The translations under genes were made by a program, and so were the position numbers. Under the pieces are notes generated by a model. It did not search any database, was not told the DNA's origin, and worked only from the letters and a program-made list of their open reading frames with translations. Shown here one piece after another: positions 23,010 through 26,840 of a DNA stretch of 26,840 nucleotides. Each line of letters begins with the position of its first letter. The stretch's first letter is position 1. The stretch lies in assembly GCA_001662655.1 (NCBI GenBank), contig KV460248.1; one strand, given 5' to 3'. Source of the stretch: Pseudogymnoascus verrucosus (taxonomy: Eukaryota).

Positions 23010-24085
23010 ATGAAGCTCCTCGGGCCTTTGCTTGGAGCCACGGTGGTGGCTAGGACTGCTGGTGAGTACCACTTATCGCAACTGCCTCCCAGGCCAGTCT
23101 CGCACGGTGGCGCTATATTCTCCGTGCTAATTCATGGATAAACAGCGTATAAATGTCCGGATTATTTATATTTCAACCTTACAAATGCAGCTTACATGGC
23201 CGATTGCGCACGGCTTAACTATGCGTGCACAAATGGATCCTCCATATCATTCGACATCACAGGCGGAGCTGCTCCTCCCGTCTACTGTTGGAAGAAGGAA
23301 CTGTTCAGCCTGTATTTTGAGGATACCAACTTCAACGGGTCAATTGTGCTACCAGATGTGTTCGAGACTTACAGAATCACATTCGAAGGCGGCTGGCCAG
23401 CGCGGGCCAACGTAACCGCCGCTGAAGTCGAGGCATTTCGGAACAAGACCACTATAGATGAGGCAGATATCCTTAATCTTACGGGAGTAACGAGTCCACT
23501 ACTCCTGAATATATCTAGTATAGATTTCCCAGATTTGGTTAATATTTCGGATTTGAGTATTCGCTATTCGGGCAATTTGTCAAGCCTGACGATGCCAAAA
23601 CTTGAAAATATCAATGGTCGATTATACCTCGATCTCTCACACGGCCCAGCCATCAGCTTGTCATTCCCAAAATTGTCTCAAGTTAAGAGCGACATGTACC
23701 TGGGAGGCAAAATCGATGCGTAAGTAGCTCCGAAACTCTCTTCGCTCTTCATTTTGTCTTTGGCAACTTCGAAGCTAATATCCTTTGTAGCCTAGAGTTT
23801 CCGGCCCTGAATTCCTCGCGCCACATCAATGTTGCTACGACAGGAGATCTAGATTGCCTCGCTTTCGCCAAAAGCGTCGTGAATACGACTAAGTGGCCAG
23901 TAGAAAACGAGGGCCCCGAAAATCGGAACAGCTCGGTGGTTTGCAATTCGAATACAGCAAGCGTTACAATGCACCCTATGCCACCGCCACCCGAGGAGTC
24001 GACTGGCAGTCGTGATGGACTTGACTTCTGTAGAAGTTTAATACTATTGGCAATTCTCGTTGCCGGTGCAAGTTCGGTCGTTTAA
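23010..24085 (+). CDS. Secreted, probably GPI-anchored Ecm33/Sps2-like (receptor L-domain repeat) cell-wall glycoprotein; exons 23010-23061, 23146-23719 and 23791-24085, about 306 aa
   Basis: Signal-like MKLLGPLLGATVVARTAA. Repeats IDFPDL, LTMPKL, LSFPKL and LEFPAL, many N-X-S/T sites, and a hydrophobic C-terminus (SLILLAILVAGASSVV). Introns 23062-23145 (GTGAGT..GCTAAT..CAG) and 23720-23790 (GTAAGT..GCTAAT..TAG) keep frame. Confidence 0.75.
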
Positions 24086-24706
24086 TACCACATAAGTCAG
24101 GTTGTAGTGATGGGATGAAGTGTATTTAAATATGGGTCTTGAACTGATATAATCCGGATCGAGATGTCGATCGAAGGGTCTCTCACACCCTAGACTTAGG
24201 TTTAGCGCCGCCCTGCCAGGTACAAGGGCAAAACGTGTGGACACCCACCACCCGCCGCTAAAAGTATGAGGGTCAGTTAGTAATCTTGGTCATATCTGTA
24301 CAAATCTTTATAAAGAGGTGTTTGGCGTTATCACGCATACAGTTGGTCCTAGGTTCCTATTGATTGTATTTTCTGTTCCAGTGTGTGCTCTCTCAAAACT
24401 TCACTGTAATTACCAGAGTATCAGAAGAACAGGGGTGTGGCTCAAACACGGTATGTCTAAACTTCCAAAGTTATCCTGGCATTACGGAACCCATTACAGC
24501 CAAACAGAGACTGTATTATTTAACAACATCTGCCAATCATCGCAGCTATCTGACATCTGGATGGCCCGCAACTATCTCGTTCAGGGCAGTTCGGCCCCTG
24601 ATTGACGATCGGTTTCTGAAGCTCCTCCTCGCCATCTCAGAAGGCAACATATGCATATGTTACCTACTTCAGACATTTTTCTTTCATGTATCTAACCAAC
24701 TATTAG

Positions 24707-25510
24707 ATGACTGATCGAACGAAACTGGTCTATCAACAAGATGGAGAACAGCTGCTTCATACCGCTAAGGTTCTTTCAATCGTCCCAGTATCAGAACTTC
24801 CGAAGCCGGATCAAGCTCTCGTAAAGGACTCATCAGATATAGAGCATGCTGTGATCACAGAATCTACCATCTTCTATGTTCAAGGCGGCGGCCAGCCCTC
24901 TGATATCGGAACCATGACAAAGGCAAACTCAAGTTTTGAAGTGCAGTCGGTGCGTCAACCAGCGCAAGGTGGCCAAATACTCCATTTGGGCCGTTTTGTC
25001 CCAGTCGGAGCTACCGCGTTTGATGCCGGAGAGGAAATCCAGCAACACGTTGATGCTGAGAAGCGCAATCTCTACTCTCGTCTTCATACCGCAGGACACA
25101 TCTTGGGCCTAGCAATCAACGCGCTGTGTCGTGAAGGCGTGCTTCCTCCCCTCACAGAATCAAAAGCCTCTCATTATCCGGACTCTGCAGCCGTTGAGTT
25201 TGGAGGTTTAATTGAGGGTAAACATAAGGATGCGATCCAGGCAAAGACGGACGAGTTTGTGCGATCAGCCAGACCAGTAAAGATTCATTGGTGGTCCATG
25301 GAAGAACTACTAGAGAAGTGCTCCGGTGTTACCGAAGGATTTGAGCTGCCTGAGGGGGAGGTCATGGGTAGAGTTGTTGAGATGGAGGGTCTAGGAAGTT
25401 ATCCATGTGGTGGAACGCATGTTCAGGATTGCAGTCAAGTGGGGAAGGTTGAGGTGAAAAAGATCTCACGCTCTAAGGGAATAAGCAGGGTGTCATATAG
25501 AGTCGCATAG
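24707..25510 (+). CDS. Free-standing alanyl-tRNA editing protein (AlaX; ThrRS/AlaRS editing domain), 267 aa, intronless
   Basis: TIFYVQGGGQPSDIG, plus zinc-binding HTAGH (HxxxH) and CGGTH (CxxxH). No aminoacylation domain. Confidence 0.92.
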   Translation: MTDRTKLVYQQDGEQLLHTAKVLSIVPVSELPKPDQALVKDSSDIEHAVITESTIFYVQGGGQPSDIGTMTKANSSFEVQSVRQPAQGGQILHLGRFVPVGATAFDAGEEIQQHVDAEKRNLYSRLHTAGHILGLAINALCREGVLPPLTESKASHYPDSAAVEFGGLIEGKHKDAIQAKTDEFVRSARPVKIHWWSMEELLEKCSGVTEGFELPEGEVMGRVVEMEGLGSYPCGGTHVQDCSQVGKVEVKKISRSKGISRVSYRVA

Positions 25511-26288
25511 AAGTTGCATCGATTTTGTAAAGCATAAATTCTAGAGATTAGCATCAGCTCCCGGAGACAGAAGAGGCTTGTAGGTGATGTCTCTGCGATA
25601 TTCTTGTCTTAAAGTATATACTTAATACTTTATTATATGCATGCTTAAAGTTTCCTTCTAGACTACTTTCCAAGGTGGATACAACTGTGATGAGGCTACC
25701 GGAAGCCTCCAGAAAAGCATCTTATGTTAGGTCTGTAGCTGCGTGAGGGAAGATAATGAATTTTGAAGCGCGGTTGGGCAACTCTACCATAGTGGCAGAG
25801 TTGCGAGTTTGGGGGGGCTTATTATTATTAGGGGTGACCTTCCATCTGAAGTATAATGGGGGGGTGGATTGAGCTAGAGTCGTAATGAATTTAAAGACAG
25901 TGCAACCAACAATGGGGTTTGATTTTGGAGTCTATGAATCGTGTGCCTTCGCTTCGGCATTAGCTAGTAGCTGATTCCCAAACTATGTAGATGATAGAAC
26001 CATCGCCAGCTGAAAACTACAGCTTTAACAAACAGCACAGCCTTTAATAATCGTATAAGTAGGCGGCAAGTCTAAACACTAGTTGTTAATTTAGGCTGAT
26101 CTTGGTTTGCAAACATTTGAACTAGATAAAGTTGCCTTTATTAACCTGAAATAGGGGGGGCGACGCTTGATTAGTCTAACATAAACCTATAGTACTAATA
26201 ATGAATTAAAAGGCTAATTACAGCATTGCCAAATAAATAATATAGAATAGTATAATATTGTTAGAGTTTATAAACTGACCTAAGACTA

Positions 26289-26332
26289 ACGTAAGTCATG
26301 GCCTTACCGACTGTATGGCCTTACCGACATAG
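26289..26332. repeat. Transposon terminal repeat copy 1 (44 bp, follows TA)
   Basis: TA|ACGTAAGTCA TGGCCTTACCGACTGTA TGGCCTTACCGACATAG: an ACGT start and an internal 17-bp-period direct repeat. Confidence 0.75.
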
Positions 26333-26334
26333 TA

Positions 26335-26840
26335 ACGTAAGTCGTGGCCATACCGGCTACATGGCCATACCGGCTATTTTGCCGACCCCACCAAAATCCA
26401 GGACTAGACCACCAAACTACTAACTTAGAAAATTGTAAATAAATCAATTACTATAGTGCTAATTCGTCTAAATCGCTATCATATAGCTCTTCTTCACTCT
26501 CTTCATCTATTTCCTCAATTATAGCTTCGTTTATAGGTTGTGGCGTTATTCTAGGCCTCTGTGAAGCTGTGGCTGTTGCTGCTTCTGCTTCTATAACTTG
26601 CGACTGTAACTCCTCTGTTGAGATGTGGAATTGACCCTTTAAAACTGCTCTTTTACCCTTATTCTATGTTCTTCGCTTTTAGATAATTGAACGTAAGTTA
26701 TTACACTCTCTTTTCTAAAGGGTGTTGCGTGTATTAAGGCGTTCTAACTCATCTGCTAACTTATTGATATATCGCTTTATAGGAGTATTCAAAACACTCT
26801 GACTTATTGTAGAAGAGAGCATAGAGTTCGCTTTTTAAAG
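26335..26840 (-). mobile_element. 3' end of a pogo/Fot1-like (Tc1/mariner superfamily) DNA transposon, continuing beyond the window
   Basis: TA|ACGTAAGTCG TGGCCATACCGGCTACA TGGCCATACCGGCTA has the architecture of fungal Tan1/Vader-type TIRs. It lies about 75 bp beyond the stop codon of a decayed transposase-like frame. Confidence 0.82.
26451..26840 (-). pseudogene. RIP-inactivated transposase C-terminal region
   Basis: One frame reads L*KANSMLSSTISQSVLNTPIKRYINKLADELERLNTRNTL*KRECNNLRSII*KRRT*NKGKRAVLKGQFHISTEEL...EEIDEESEEELYDSDLDELAL*. The coiled coil, basic GKR..LKG motif and acidic tail resemble Fot1/pogo transposase tails. There are four internal TAA/TAG stops. Confidence 0.75.

Noticed and set aside
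24318..24714. ORFs of 95 and 116 aa upstream of AlaX
   Set aside because: Non-ATG starts, no motifs and no splice signals linking them to AlaX, whose own N-terminus looks complete.
26289..26380. Repeats resembling a mini CRISPR array
   Set aside because: Eukaryotic context, no unique spacers and no cas genes. Transposon terminal repeats explain them better.
1..26840. tRNA, rRNA or secondary-metabolite cluster
   Set aside because: I saw no cloverleaf or rRNA-like segment and no PKS, NRPS or terpene backbone gene. A covariance-model scan would be needed to exclude small ncRNAs.

Overview
Eukaryotic DNA from a filamentous ascomycete (Pezizomycotina, inferred from short GT-AG introns with CTAAC/CTGAC/CTAAT branch sites and from the gene families). 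It is a compact, mostly housekeeping block of 13 protein genes. In order: the 5' end of a GH81 endo-1,3-beta-glucanase (-, runs off the left edge), UTP14 (-), mitoribosomal mL41/MRPL27 (+), a HUL5/UBE3C-like HECT E3 ligase (-), PAB1 (+), kinetochore CENP-O/Mcm21 (+), ELP6 (+), RPL37 (-), kinetochore Sos7-like (-), an Arg/Ser/Asp-rich conserved fungal protein (+), a non-core septin (+), an Ecm33-like GPI cell-wall protein (+) and a free-standing AlaX tRNA-editing protein (+). The right end is AT-rich and holds the 3' end of a RIP-mutated pogo/Fot1-type DNA transposon with two related terminal repeats in tandem. All exon-intron models were read by hand and checked for frame; family names come from motif recognition, not database searches. 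I found no convincing new multi-gene system. The most interesting signals are the tandem transposon ends, a CGCGT plus forkhead module shared by the two kinetochore promoters, an A-rich PAB1 leader, an RPL37 start micro-exon and a uORF overlapping the HECT ligase start.
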